Shown: positions 49,815 through 63,622, numbered from the stretch's first letter. The stretch is 64,000 nt of DNA from Mobula hypostoma (GCF_963921235.1 NC_086097.1:253272001-253336000); one strand, 5' to 3'. The notes: generated from the letters alone by a model not told the origin. Numbers and translations: made by a program.

Positions 49815-52800
49815 TGATCCTGATCCTGATCCTGAACCTGAGTCTGATTCTGACCCTGATCCTGATCCTGATCCTGATCCTGATCCTGATTCTGATTCTA
49901 ATCCTGATCCTCAATCTGATTCTGATTCTGATTCCTGATTTTGATCCTGATCCTGATCCTGATCCTGATTCTGATCCTGATCCTGACCCTGATCCTGATT
50001 CTGATCCTGATTCTGATTCTGATCCTGATCCTGATCCTAATTCTAATCCAGTTGCTTATTCCTGATTCCTGACTCATGATTCTGATTCTGATTCTGATCC
50101 TGATTCTCATTTTGATCCTGATCCTGATCCTGTTTCTGACTCTAATCCTGATACTGTTTCTGATTCTGATCCTGATTCATGATTCTGATTCTGATCCTGA
50201 TCCTGATCCTGATCCTGATTCTGATTCTGATCCAGATCGTGATTCTCATCCTGATTCTGATCCTGATTCTCATTTTGATCCTGATCCTGATCCTGTTTTT
50301 GATTCCGATCCTGATTCACGATTCTGATTCTGATCCTGATTCATGATCCTGATTCTGATCCTGTTCCTGACCCTGATCGTGATTCTGATCCTGATCCTGA
50401 TTCTGATCCTGATCCTGACCCTGATCCTGATTCTGATCCTGATCCTGATTCTGATCCAGTTGCTTATTCCTGATTCCTGATTCATGATTTGAATTCTGAT
50501 TCTGATCCTGATCCTGATCCTGATCCTGATTCTGATCCTGATCTTGATCCTGATTCTGATCCTGATCTTGATCCTGACCCAGATCCTGATTCTCATCCTG
50601 TTTCTGATTCTGTTTCTGATTCTGATCCTGATTCATGATCCTGATTCTGATCCTGTTCCTGACCCTGATCGTGATTCTCATCCTGATTCTGATCCTGATT
50701 CTCATTTTGATCCTGATCCTGATCCTGTTTCTGATCCTGTTTCTGATTCTGATCCTGATTCACGATTCTGATTCTGATTCTGATTCATGATCCTGATTCT
50801 GATCCTGATTCTGATCCTGTTCCTGACCCTGATCGTGATTCTCATCCTGATTCTGATCCTAATCCTGATTCTTATTCCGATCCTGATCCTGATTCTGATC
50901 CTGATTCTGATTCTGATCCTGATCCTGATTCTGATCCTGATTCTGATTCTAATCCCGATTCTGATTGTGATCCTAGTCCTGATTCTGATCCTGATTCTGA
51001 TTCTGATCCTGTTTCTGATTCTTGATCCTGATTCACGATTCTGGATCTGATCCTGATTCTGATCCAGTTTCTTATTCCTGATTCCTGATTCATGATTCTG
51101 ATTCTGATTTTGATCTTGATCCTCATCCTGATTCTGATCCTGATCCTGATTCTTGATTCTGATTCTGATTCTGATCCTGATCCTGATCCTGATTCGGATC
51201 CTGATCCTGATTCTGATCCTGATCCTGACCCTGATCCTGATTCCGATCCTGATTCTGATCCTGATCCTGATTCTGATCCTGATCTTGATCCTGATTCTGA
51301 TCCTGATCCTGATCCTGACCCTGATCCTTGTTCTCATCCTGATTCTGATCCTGATTCTCATTTTGATCCTGATTCACGATTCTAATTCTGATCCTGATTC
51401 ATGATCCTGATTCTGATCCTGTTCCTGACCCTGATCGTGATTCTGATCCTGATCCTGATTCTGATCCTGATACTGACCCTGATCCTGATTCTGGTCCTGA
51501 TTCAGATCCGGATCCTGATTCTGATCCAGTTGCTTATTCCTGATTCCTGATTCATGATTCTGATTCTGATCCTGATCCTGATTCTGATCCTGATCTTGAT
51601 CCTGATTCTGATCCTGATCCTGATCCTGACCCTGATCCTGATTCTCATGCTGTTTCTGATCCTGTTTCTGATTCTGATCCTGATTTATGATCCTGATTCT
51701 GATCCTGATTCTCATTTTGATCCTGATCCTGATCCTGTTTCTGATTCTGATCCTGATTCACGATTCTGATTCTGATCCTGATTCATGATCCTGATTCTGA
51801 TCCTGTTCCTGACCCTGATCGTGATTCTCATCCTGATTCTGATCCTGATTCTCATTTTGATCCTGATCTTGATCCTGTTCCTGACCCTGATTGTGATTCT
51901 CATCCTGATTCTGATCCTAATCCTGATTCTTATTCCGATCCTGATCCTGATTCTGATCCCGATTCTGATTCTGATCCCGATTCTGATTGTGATCCTGGTC
52001 CTGATTCTGATCCAGTTGCTTATTCCTGATTCCTGATTCATGATTCAGATTCTGATTCTGATGTTGATCCTGATTCTGTTCCTGATCCTGATCCTGACCC
52101 TGATCCTGATTCTCATCCTGTTTCTGATCCTGTTTCTGATTCTGATCCTGATTCTGATCCTGTTCCTGACCCTTATCGTGATTCTCATCCTGATTCTGAT
52201 CCTGATTCTCATTTTGATCCTGATCCTGATCCTGTTTCTGATCCTGATTTTGATTCTCATCCTGATTCACGATTCTGATTCTGATTCTGATTCATGATCC
52301 TGATTCTGATCCTGATCCTGATTCTGTTCCTGTTTCTGATCCTGATCCTGATTCTGATCCTGTTCCTGACCCTGATCGTGATTCTCATCCTGATTCTGAT
52401 CCTAATCCTGATTCTCATTCTGATCCTGATCCTGATTCTGATCCTGATTCTGATTCTGATCCTGATCCTGATTGTGATCCCGATTCTGATTCTGATCTCG
52501 ATTCTGATTGTGATCCTGGTCCTGATTCTGATCTTGATCATGATTCTGATCCAGTTGCTTATTCCTGATTCCTGATTCATGATTCTGATTCTGATCCTGA
52601 TCCTGATTCTCATTTTGATCCTGATCCTGATCCTGTTTCTGATTCTTGATCCTGATTCACGATTCTGGTTCTGATCCTGATTCTGATCCAGTTGCTTATT
52701 CCTGATTCCTGATTCATGATTCTGATTCTGATTTTGATCTTGATACTGATCCTGATTCTGATCCTGATCCTGATTCATGATTCTGATTCTGATTCTGATC

Positions 52801-53485
52801 CTGATCCTGATTCTGATCCTGATTCTCATTTTGATCCTGATTCTGATCCTGATTCTCATTTTGATCCTGATTCACGATTCTAATCCTGATCCTGATTCTG
52901 ATCCAGTTGCTTATTCCTGATTCCTGATTCATGATTCTGATTCTGATTCTGATCCTGATCCTGATCCTGATTCTGATCCTGTTCCTGACCCTGATCGTGA
53001 TTCTCATCCTGATTCTGATGCTGATTCTCATTTTGATCCTGATCCTGATCCTGTTTCTGATCCTGTTTCTGATTCTGATCCTGATTCACGATTCTGATTC
53101 TGATCCTGATTCTGATCCTGATCCTGATTCTGATCCTGTTCTTGACCCTGATCGTGATTCTCATCCTGATTCTGATCCTAATCCTGATTCTTATTCCGAT
53201 CCTGATCCTGATTCTGATCCTGATTCTGATTCTGATCCTGATCCTGATTCTGATCCCGATTCTGATTGTGATCCTGGTCCTGATTCTGATCCAGTTGCTT
53301 ATTCCTGATTCCTGATTCATGATTCTGATTCTGATCCTGATCCTGATTCTCATTTTGAACCTGATCCTGATTCACGATTCTGGTTCTGATCCTGATTCTG
53401 ATCCAGTTGCTTATTCCTGATTCCTGATTCCTGATTCATGATTCTGATTCTGATTCTGATCTTGATCCTGATCCTGATTCTGATC
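49815..53485. repeat. 3.7-kb hexamer satellite (GATCCT/GATTCT)n with higher-order blocks
   Basis: Directly visible; the marker ccagttgcttattcctgattcctga recurs 10 times. Confidence 0.97.
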
Positions 53486-55149
53486 CCTGCTCATTCAACT
53501 GCAGGAATCCATTTGTCATCTTTTGCCTGTAGAGTTAAATGTGATCGTGCTTAAAACATTAAACGATCCCCATCTGGCGGCAGTAGGCAGCATTAATGTT
53601 CTGTAAGTGAAAACCCGAGCATACAGTTTAAATTTAATTCTAGCGCAGATTGAAATTTTGAATCCTCTTTCGTTTCGTAGACAACTAAAATGATTCTGCT
53701 TAAAAAGCAGATGTACTAATTTGTGATGCACTAATTTGGACTGATATCCAGACACGGACGGAACAAAAGCGTGGTTCGGTAGCTATTTGAATCAGATGCC
53801 GATTTAAATCAATGTCAGAATCGGAATCAGGTGTAATACCACTGATATTTGTTGTTGCGCGGCAACATCAATTTGCAATAAAAATACAAGAGAAATATCC
53901 CTCAGAAATAAGAAGCGAGTCTCAGGGTTGTAAACTGCCTACATACTTTGATAATAAATGTACTCTAAAGCTTTGAATATAAAATTAAACTAAAGAAGTA
54001 GCGTAAAAAGAGGACAGAAATAGCAAGGTACTGTTCACGGGTTCTTCGTCCATTCAGAAATCTGATGGCGGAGGGAAGACGTTGAGTGTGTGTCTTCAGG
54101 CTCCTGTACCTCCTCCCCGATGGTAGCAATGAGAAGAGGGCATGTCCTGGGTGATGGAGCCTTGAATGACAGGTGCCCCCTTTTTGAAGCATCGCCTTTT
54201 GACGATGTCCTGGGTGCCGGAGAGGCTGGTGCCCGTGATGGAGCTGGCTGAGGTTACAACTCTCTGCAGCTTTTTCCCGTCCTGTGCAGTAACACAAGAA
54301 TGTTGAAACCCGTAACAACAAAATAATTTCGCTTTTAGAAATCCGTATTTTACTCATTTCGGTTGAATGATCAACGCAAACTGCCTCCTTAGTACAGGGA
54401 TCTGAAGGAATTTCTTTCGCCAGAGAGTGGTGGATCATTACAACAGACGGCTGTGGAGGCCGAGTCATTGGGTATATTTAAAGTAGAGGTTGATAGGTTC
54501 TTGATTAGGCAGAGTGTCAAAGGTTACGGGGAGAAGACAGGAGATTTGGTGTTGAGAGGGACAACAAATCAGTCATGATGGGAGGAATGGCCTGATTCTA
54601 CTCCTATAGTTTATGGCCTTATGGACTGAAAAAAAACGTGGATATTTACACTGAAAACGTAGGAAATATTCAACAGGTTAGACAGAGTGTCTGCAGCGAG
54701 AAATGGAGCCACCAGCGTCGAAAACCAGCGTCACAGTCGTTTTTTATTTATAAATAAATGATAGCTTGCAAAACTAGGATGCAACTTACTCTCTGCTCAA
54801 AGATAATTCTTTATTGTAGAAGAATATTTATTTTAACATTAAATTCCCACTTTGCCACTCCGTTTCCCAATATCCACGATTTAAAACTGTTACCTGAGAG
54901 ACGAGCGGCGCTTGGTCTCCTGACCGCGAAGTCAGAGTCGAGAGCCGTGGAGCACAGCAGCACAAAACATGCCCTTCGGCCCGTCTGGTCCACTGAATAA
55001 TTAATCTGTATTTGAATGTGTTTCATTTCTCCCATTTGTCTATAGTGGAGATAATAGGCTCGTCGGGCAACATTGGCGAAGTTAGATAACGCTTATGTTA
55101 AGGGCAAAAAGTCTGCGGCTCTGAGTCTCACTCCGCGACTAATTCACAG

Positions 55150-55452
55150 CGAAGGAGAGGAGAGGAATCGCGCGGTGCTGAGAAGGGGTTCGTGAGTTCG
55201 GGGAACCGAACGGAGGTTCTGTGGGCGAGAACGAGATTCCCGGATGGTATATTGCCTCCTGGGTGCCAGGGTCCGGAATATCTCGGACCGAGTTCTCAGC
55301 GTTCTTAAGCGGGAGGGTGAACAGCCTGGGGTCGTGGTCCATGTTGGTACCAGTGACATGGGCAGGACAGGCGACGAAGTTCTGCACAGGGAGTTTAGGG
55401 AGTTAGGTGATACTTTAAAGGGCAGGACCTCCAGGTGGTAATCTCAGGACTG
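55150..55452 (+). mobile_element. Isolated CR1 ORF1 esterase fragment
   Basis: VRGTERRFCGRERDSRMVYCLLGARV...VVHVGTSD...RTSRVVISGL, homologous to 9673-9955. Confidence 0.8.
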
Positions 55453-55454
55453 CG

Positions 55455-56500
55455 TGCTAGACCATACAATTTCCAGCATTCTATTCCATCTGCTATTTCT
55501 CTGCCCATTTTTCTAATCTGTAGCTTCATGCGTGGCACCTTGTCAACGGCCCTCTATAAATCCAAGTACACAGCATCTGACTTTGGCTTCCTTTATCATG
55601 TGCCTCCCAAGTACCGTGAAAACACATCCTTAACAATCGACTCCAACATCTTCCCAGCCATCGAGGTCTGACCAGCTGGCCTATAGTTTCCTTTCTTCAG
55701 TCTCTGTCCCTTCTTGAAGAGCGCAGTGACATTTGCAATTTTCCAATCTTCTGGAACCATTCCAACATTCAGTTATTCCTGAAAGGTTAATGCCTCCACA
55801 ATCTCTTCATCTCCTTTATGTACCTGAAGAAACTTCTGGTATCCTCTTTAGTATTAGTGTCTAGCTTGCTTTCATATTCCACCTTTTGACTGTTTTTAGG
55901 TGCATTCTGTTGGTTTTTAAAAGTTTCCCAATTGTCTAACTTTCACTAATTTTTGCTCTGTTATTTCTCTTCTCTTTGGCTTTGACTTCTCTTGTTAGCC
56001 ACAGTTGTGTCATTTTGTCTTTAGAATACCTCCTCCTCTTTGGGACGTATATATTCAGTGCCCAATTTCCCCAGGATCAATAAAGTATATCTATCTATCT
56101 ATCTATCTTCTGCATTGTTTCCAGAAGCTCCAGCCATTGCTGCTTTTCTGTCATTCCTGCCAGTATTCTTTTTCAGTTAATTCTGGCCATATCCTCTCTC
56201 AGGCCTCTGTAATTCATTTTACTCCACGGTAGTACTGATACATCTGACTTTAGCTTCTCCTTCTCAAATTTTAATATCATTTTTTGATCACCCTAAGGTT
56301 TTATTTTTACCTTAAGCTCATTGCATACCTCCCAATACAGAATAGCTGGTCCCCTAGTTATCTCAACCACAACCTGCTCTGGTAAACCATCTCATAGGCA
56401 TTCTAGAAATTCCCCCTCTTGGAATCAAACAGCACCCTGATTTTCCCAATCTACTTGCATATTAAAATCCCCCATAACTATTGTAACATTGTCCTTTTGG
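55455..56500 (-). mobile_element. Degraded CR1 ORF2 internal fragment
   Basis: Similar to 29215-29535, with APE remnants (GDFNMQVDW-like near 56450-56480). Confidence 0.65.
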
Positions 56501-56659
56501 CGTGCATTTTCTATCTCCCATTGTAATCCCAGGGTTCTGTTGTTTTAGATGTGATAGAGCAGGAGGGATTAAAGCGAGAGGGTTGGCATTACTAGTCAGG
56601 GGAAATGACATGGCAGTGTTATGGGTGCAACTGAGTAATAATAAAGATATGACCACATT

Positions 56660-56965
56660 AATGGCGCATGGCCAACTGGTTATGGTGTTCACCTAGTGAT
56701 CCGAAGTTCGCTAGTTTGAGCCTTGGCTGAGGCAGCGTGTGTGTCCTTGAGCAAGGCACTTAACCACACGTTGCTCTGCGACAACACTGGTGCCAAGCTG
56801 TATGGGTCCTAACGCCCTTCCCTTGGACAATGTCGGTAACATGGAGAGGGGAGACTTGCAGCATGGGCAACTACCGGTCTTCCATACAACCTTGCCCAGC
56901 CTGCACCCTGGAGAGTGAAGACTTTCCAGGCGCAGATCCATGGTCTCACAAGACCAATGGATGCC
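56660..56965 (+). mobile_element. tRNA-derived CORE-type SINE
   Basis: A-box-like tggccaactggtt, B-box-like gtttgagcc, then gtgtccttgagcaaggcacttaacc (CORE-like). Confidence 0.55.
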
Positions 56966-57064
56966 TTTCTAAGATAGGGTAAATGCAAGCAGGCTTTTTC
57001 CACTAAGGTTGGGTGGGACTACAACTAAAGGTCATAGGATAAGGGTGAAAGATGAAAGGTTTAA

Positions 57065-58120
57065 GACCATAAGACATAGGAGCAGAATTAGGACATTTAG
57101 TCCATTGAGTCTGCTCCACCATTCAATCATGACTGATCATATTTCCCCTCCTCAAACCCATTTCCCAGCCTTCTCCCCATAACATTTGATGCCATGTCCA
57201 ATCAAGAACCTATCAATATCTATCTTAAATATACTCAACAACCGGGCCTCCACTGCTGCCTGCAGTAACAAATTCCACAAATTCACCATCCTCTAATGAA
57301 ATAAATTTCTCTGCATCTCTGTGTTAAGTGGATGCCCATCTGTTCTGAGGCTGTACCTCCTTGCCCTACACCCCTCACCATGGAGAAACATCCTTTCCAC
57401 ACCTACTCTCTCTAGGCCTTTTAACATTCAAAAAATTCCAGCCAGTACAGACCCAGAACTATCAAATGCTCCTCATATGATAACCCTTTCATTCCCGGAA
57501 TCATCCTTGTGAACCTCCTCTGGACCCTCTCCAACGCCAGCACATCTTTTCTTAGATGAGGAGCCCAAAACTGTTCACGATACTCAAGATGACACCGTAC
57601 CAGTGCCTTATAAAGCCTCAACATCACATCCTTGCTCTAGACCTCTTGAAATGAATGCTAACATGGCATTTGCCTTCCTCATCACTAACACAACCTGCAA
57701 GTTAAGCTTTTAGGTGTTCTGCACAAGGATTCCCAAGTCCCTCTGCATCTCAATTCCTGGATTTTCTCCCCGTTTAGAAAATAGTCTGTGCATTTATTTC
57801 TACTACCAAAGCGCATGACCATACATTTTCCAACATTGTATTTCATTTGCCACTTTCTTGCCCATTCTCCTTATCTGTCTAAGTCCTCCTGCAGACTATG
57901 TGTTTCCCCAACACGACCTACCCCTCATCAATCTTCGTATCATCTGCAAACTTGGCAACAAAGCCATCAATTCCATCATCTAAATCATTGATATAAAGCA
58001 TAAAAAGAAGTGGTCCCAACACTGACCCCTGCAGAACACCACTGGTCACTGATAGCCAACCAGAAAAGGATCCTTTTATTCCCACTTGCTGCCTCCTACC
58101 AATCAGCCAATACTCTAATC
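57065..58120 (-). mobile_element. CR1 3' fragment
   Basis: LYKALVRCHLEY...[14 protein letters not shown]; tail gtcttatggtctt. Confidence 0.85.
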
Positions 58121-58269
58121 AATGCTCTAAGCAGGGTCCTGCTGAAGGGTTTTGGCCATAAACATCAACTGTACTTTTTTCCATAGATACTGCCTGACCT
58201 GCTGAGTTCCTCCAGCATTTTGTCTGTGTTGCTCGTATTTCCAGCAGCTGCATATTTTATCTTGTTTGT

Positions 58270-58795
58270 GATCATTTACCAAAATCTTGCTTTAAAATAC
58301 AAAATCATAAAAGACACCATACCTTACTATAAATACAAGCCTGATTCAGTTTTAGAGTCAGGGTCCCACAAATTATATTATCATCTATCTGTTATTACAG
58401 GTAGGACATTCTATAATAACCATCCAGATATAATAACACAATATTTAAACAAGCAAGAACAACTTACTTAATAGATAGAACCATTCCAAACATACATAAC
58501 GCACAGAAATCAGTAAGTGAAAACCACCAGAAATATGATGAATTAAAAGAGGAAATTGAAAGACTATGGAACATGAACAGAGTATACATTGTCCCGATAG
58601 TAATATCGACAACTGGTATCATCCCAAAGTTATGCACAATAACATTGAACAATTAGGCCTGCACAATAATATCTATGTAAAACTTCAGAAAGCCACAATA
58701 CTATACATCACTAGAATAGTCCAAAAGTTCCTCACAATTGAGAAATGAGTGTGTTTGGCTATGCCCATACCTCAGGTTTTACCAGCTTGAGCCAA
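58270..58795 (+). mobile_element. R4/Dong-like 3' fragment, second copy
   Basis: YNNHPDII and KYDELKEEIERLWNMNRVYIVPIVISTTGIIPK; same 3' end (cctcaggttttaccagcttgagc) as 34683-34710. Confidence 0.75.
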
Positions 58796-59822
58796 AAAAA
58801 ATAATAATAGTAATAAATATTGAGAACATGAGATTAAGAGTCATTGAAGGTGAGTCCACTGGTTGTGGAAACAGATTGGTGATGGGGCAAGTGAAGTTGA
58901 GTGAAGTTATCCCCTCTGGTTCAGGAGCCTGATGGCTGAGGGGTAATAACTGTTCCTGAACCTGATCATGTGAGTCCTGACACCCCCGTACCTTCTTCCT
59001 GATGGCAGCATTGAGAAGAGAGCAAGTCCCGAGTGGTAGGGTCCCCTGATGTTGGACGCTGCTTTCCTGCAACAACGTTCCCTATAGATGTCGTCAATAG
59101 TGGATAGTCTGGGTCGTATCCGCTACTTTTTGTAGGAATTTCCATTCAAGGTTATTGGTGTTTCCATACCAGGCTGTGGTGCACCAGTCAATATAATCTC
59201 CACCAGATACCTGTAGAAATTTTATAGAAGTATAGAATAATAGTGTCATTGGCAAATGTATAGATGTCACTTGGGCTGTGCCTAGCCACGCAGTCATGGG
59301 TGCAGAGAGAGTAGATCATTGGGCTAGGTACTCATCTTTGAGGTGTGCCGGTGTTGATCGTCAGCGAGGAGGAGATTTTATTTCTGATCTGTAATGACTG
59401 TGGTCTCCAATGAGAAAGTCAAGGATCCAGTTACTGATTGAGGTACAGACGTCCAAGTTTTGGAGCTTGCTGGTTAGAACTGAGGATATGATTGTGTTGA
59501 AAGCTGAGCGGTAGTCAATAAGGACCAACCTGATGTAGGTGACACTGTAGGTGGTCCAGGAGATCCAAGAACGAGCGGAGAGTCACTGAGATTTCATCCA
59601 CAGTAGACCTATTGTGGCAAAAGACAACATACAACAGTTTCAGGTCCTGGCTTAGGCAGGAGTTGATTCCAGACATAATCCTGAGATTATTACCTTTGAG
59701 GTCCTACTCTTTAATTTATCTCCTAGCTCCCTGAATTCGGCTTGTAGGATCTCAATATCACTTGGTTGCCTTTCATCAATATCATCTGGTTACATTTCAT
59801 TAATATTGCTTGGTTACTTTTT

Positions 59823-60563
59823 TAGTCATAGTCATAGTCATACTTTATTGATCCTGGGGGAAATTGGTTTTCGTTACAGTTGCACCATAAATAATTAAAT
59901 AGTAATAAAATCATAAATGGTTAAATAGTAATATGTAAATTATGCCAGTAAATTATGAAATAAGTCCAGGACCAGCCTATTGCCTCAGGGTATCTGACCC
60001 TCCAAGGGAGGAGTTGTAAAGTTTGATGGCCACAGGCAGGAATGACTTCCTATGACGCTCTGTGCTGCATCTTGGTGGAATGAGTCTCTGGCTGAATGTA
60101 CTCCTGTGCCCAACCAGTACATTATGTAGTGGATGGGAGACATTGTCCAAAATGGCAGGCAACTTAGACAGCATCCTCTTTTCAGACACCACCGTCAGAG
60201 AATCCAGTTCCATCCCCACAACATCACTGGCCTTACGAATGAGTTTGTTGATTCTGTTGGTGTCTGCTACCCTCAGCCTGCTGCCCCAGCACACAACAGC
60301 AAACATGATAGCACTGGCCACCACAGACTCGTAGAACATCCTCTGCATCGTCCGGCAGATGTTAAAGGACCTCAGTCTCCTCAGGAAATAGAGATGGCTC
60401 TGACCCTTCTTGTAGACAGCCTCAGTGTTCTTTGACCAGTCCAGTTTATTGTCAATTCGTATCCCCAGGTATTTGTAATCCTCCACCATGTCCACACTGA
60501 CACCCTGGATGGAAACAGGGGTCACCGGTACCTTAGCTCTCCTCAGGTCTACCACCAGCTCCT
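59823..60563 (-). mobile_element. Rex1/Babar LINE, 5'-truncated young copy with (TATGAC)n tail
   Basis: Open ORF 60555-59977 nearly identical to the C-terminal part of 1262-2104. Confidence 0.88.
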
Positions 60564-60659
60564 CTTTTATTTATGTTTAGTGCAAACAATTAAATGGTGG
60601 AAACAGGAATATGTAACCAGGCACATGATAACCAATAAACCATTATAGACAGCTTTTAT

Positions 60660-60912
60660 TTATTTATTTAGCGAGCCACGTCACCCAGCAACCTCCAAAA
60701 CACCGATTATCTCCATCCTATTCATGAGGCAATTTTCAAAGACCAATTAACCTACTCGGGACATGGGAGGAAATGGGAGAAACCAGAGAAAACCCACATA
60801 TTTCAGGGGAAGTACGTGGAGAGACTCCTTACAGAATTGCGCTGGAATTGAACTCTGAACTCTGGTACGCCGTGAGCTGTAATAGGGTCGCACTAACTCC
60901 TACACTGCCGTG
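60660..60912 (-). mobile_element. V-SINE, degraded (another at about 23460-23610)
   Basis: Reverse strand shows a tRNA-like head (cacggcagtgtaggagttagtgcga...gttcaattcc) and V-domain. Confidence 0.6.
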
Positions 60913-61384
60913 CGCTTTAAAGTGAAGAAACAGACTTGATTATTTCAATTGCAAATAAAAATGAAAATAAGTGAACTTGAAGTAGTTATACACAGAAATC
61001 TGGCATTCATACAAACATTACAAAAACATTGAAAAGATTCATTCCAACTTGGACTTTTTTATGTTCACCATTCCACACACTTCCTAATGTATTTCCTCAT
61101 TTTCCTGTGAATGCCCAGAAGAAAATGAATCTCCAGGGTTGTAAATGGTGACAAAAATGTACTTTGATAATAACACACACAAAATGCTGGAGGGGAACTC
61201 AAAAGGCCTGGCAGCATCTACGGAAAAAAGTACTGTCGATGCTTCAGGCTGAAACCCTTTGACACAACTTACAGTCGACCCAAAATGTCGACTGTACTTT
61301 TTTTCAGAACATAGAACATAGTAAACACACAGCATAATACAGGCTCTATGGCCCACAAAGCTGTGCCGAACATGTCCCTACCAT

Positions 61385-63015
61385 ATACATTAACCATATA
61401 ACCATATAACAATTACAGCACGGAAACAAGCCATCTCAGCCCTTCTTGTCCGTGCCGAACTCTTACTCTCACCTAGTCCCTGCAACCTGCACTCAGCCCA
61501 TAACCCTCCATTCCTTTCCTGTCCATATATCTATCCAATTTAACTTTAAACGACAACATCGAACCTGCCTCAACCACTTCTGCTGGAAGCTCGTTCCACA
61601 CAGCTACCACTCTCTGAGTAAAGAAGTTCCCCCTCATGTTACCCCTAAACTTTTTCCCCTTAACTCTCAACTCATGTCCTCTTGTTTGAATCTTTCCCAC
61701 TCTCAATGGAAAAAGCCTACCCACGTCAACTCTATCTATCCCCCTCATAATTTTAAATACCTCTATCAAGTCCCCCCTCAACCTTCTACGCTCCAAAGAA
61801 TAAAGACCCAACTTGTTCAACCTTTCTTTGTAACTTAGGAGATGAAACCCAGGTAACATTTTCGTAAATCTTCTCTATACTCTCTCTATTTTGTTGACAT
61901 CTTTCCTATAATTCGGTGACCAGAACTGTACACAATACTCCAAATTTGGCCTTACCAATGCCTTGTACAATTTCAACATTACCTCCCAATTCTCATACTC
62001 AATGCTCTGATTTATAAAGGCCAGCATACCAAAAGCTTTCTTCACCACCCTATCCACATGAGATTCCACCTTCAGGGAACTATGCACCATTATTCCTAGA
62101 TCCCTCTGTTCTACAGCATTCTTCAATGCCCTACCATTTACCATGTATGTCCTATTTTGATTAGTCCTACCAAAATGTAGCACCTCATATTTTTCAGCAT
62201 TAAGCTCCATCTGCCATCTTTCAGCCCACTCTTCTAACTGGCCTCAATCTCTCTGCAAGCTTTGAAAACCTACTTCATTATACACAACGCCACCTATCTT
62301 AGTATCATCTGCATACTTACTCATCCAATTTACCACCCCATCATCCAGATCATTAATACCTTCGAACTACCTAGGCTTTACCCATAGTCCTCTATTTTTC
62401 TAAGCTCCATGTAGCCCTCCAGGAGTCTCTTAAAAGACCCTATCGTTACCATCTCCACCACCGCTGCCGGCAGCCCATTCCACGCACTCAACACTCTGCG
62501 TAAAAAACTTACCCCTGACATCTCCTCTGTACCTACTTCCAAGCACCTTAAAACTGTGCCCTCTTGTGCTAGCCATTTCAGCCCTGGGGAAAAGCCTCTG
62601 ACTATCCACATGATCAATGCCTCTCATTAACTTGTACACCTTGATTAAGTCACCTCTCATCCTCCGTCACTCCAAGGAGAAAAGGCCGAGTTCACTCAAT
62701 CTATTCTCATAAGGCATGCTCCCTAATCCAGGCAACATCCTTGTAAATCTCCACTGCACTGATATATGGTTCCCAAGTCCTTCCGGTAGTGAGGTGACCA
62801 GAACTGAGCACGGTACTCCAAGTGGGCTCTGACCAGAGTCCTATATAGCTGCAACATTACCTCTCGGCTCTTAAACTCAATCCCACGATTGATGAAGGCC
62901 AATGCACTGTATGCCTTCTTAACCAGAGAGACAACCTGCGTAGCAGCTTTGAGTGTCCTAAGGACTTGGACCCCAAGATCCCTCTGATCATCCACACTGC
63001 CAAGTGTCTGACCAT
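61385..63015 (-). mobile_element. Two adjacent CR1 3' fragments (61385-62356 and 62378-63015)
   Basis: RPNLEYCVQFWSP / RAHLEYRAQFWSP and LERRRLRGDLIEV motifs on the minus strand. Confidence 0.88.
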
Positions 63016-63622
63016 TAATACTACATTCTGCTATTTTCAGAGACGCTGCCTGGCCTGCTGGGTCCCACCAGCATTTTGTGCGTGTTTTACTTGGATTTCC
63101 AGCATCTGCAGATTTTCTCTTCTTTGTATTTTGATAATAAATTTACTTTGAACTTTGACTTTAGCTGAGCAGCAGAGCTAATTTAGTGACGAACTATTAA
63201 AAACATCTGGGATGAGGACCTACGTTGGTCGGGGTCAACAATGGGTGTTGCATCCCAGCTGATTACGTGATGTGCAATCAGGGACCACGCGGTTCCTCAC
63301 TGATTTCACCGACTCAGGCATCGCAGGACACTGGAACATGAGGATAGCAGGCGGTGTGTGCTGCTCTTGGAAGAAGCCCTGTTGTCGAGGGACAATTCTC
63401 TCTCTGTCTTTTGATGATGAGTCGGAAAAGCAAAACAGGAGATTGCACACTGGAAGCGTGAGTTGCTGGTCTCCGTTCTCATTGTTGTAAGAGTGATCAC
63501 TCTCGTCTTCGCTGTGGAGAGCGAGAGGCTGTCTGAGATACCAAAGGGAAGGGTTATGGATCTACCTTTCATGGACTCTAAATCCAGGTGTCTCTGAGGA
63601 GCTTTTATTATTGCTTGCATCG

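Noticed and set aside
49585..53375. Many ORFs of RIRI, ILIL, DPDS and QDQN repeats
   Set aside because: Translations of the stop-poor hexamer satellite; no splice or domain evidence.
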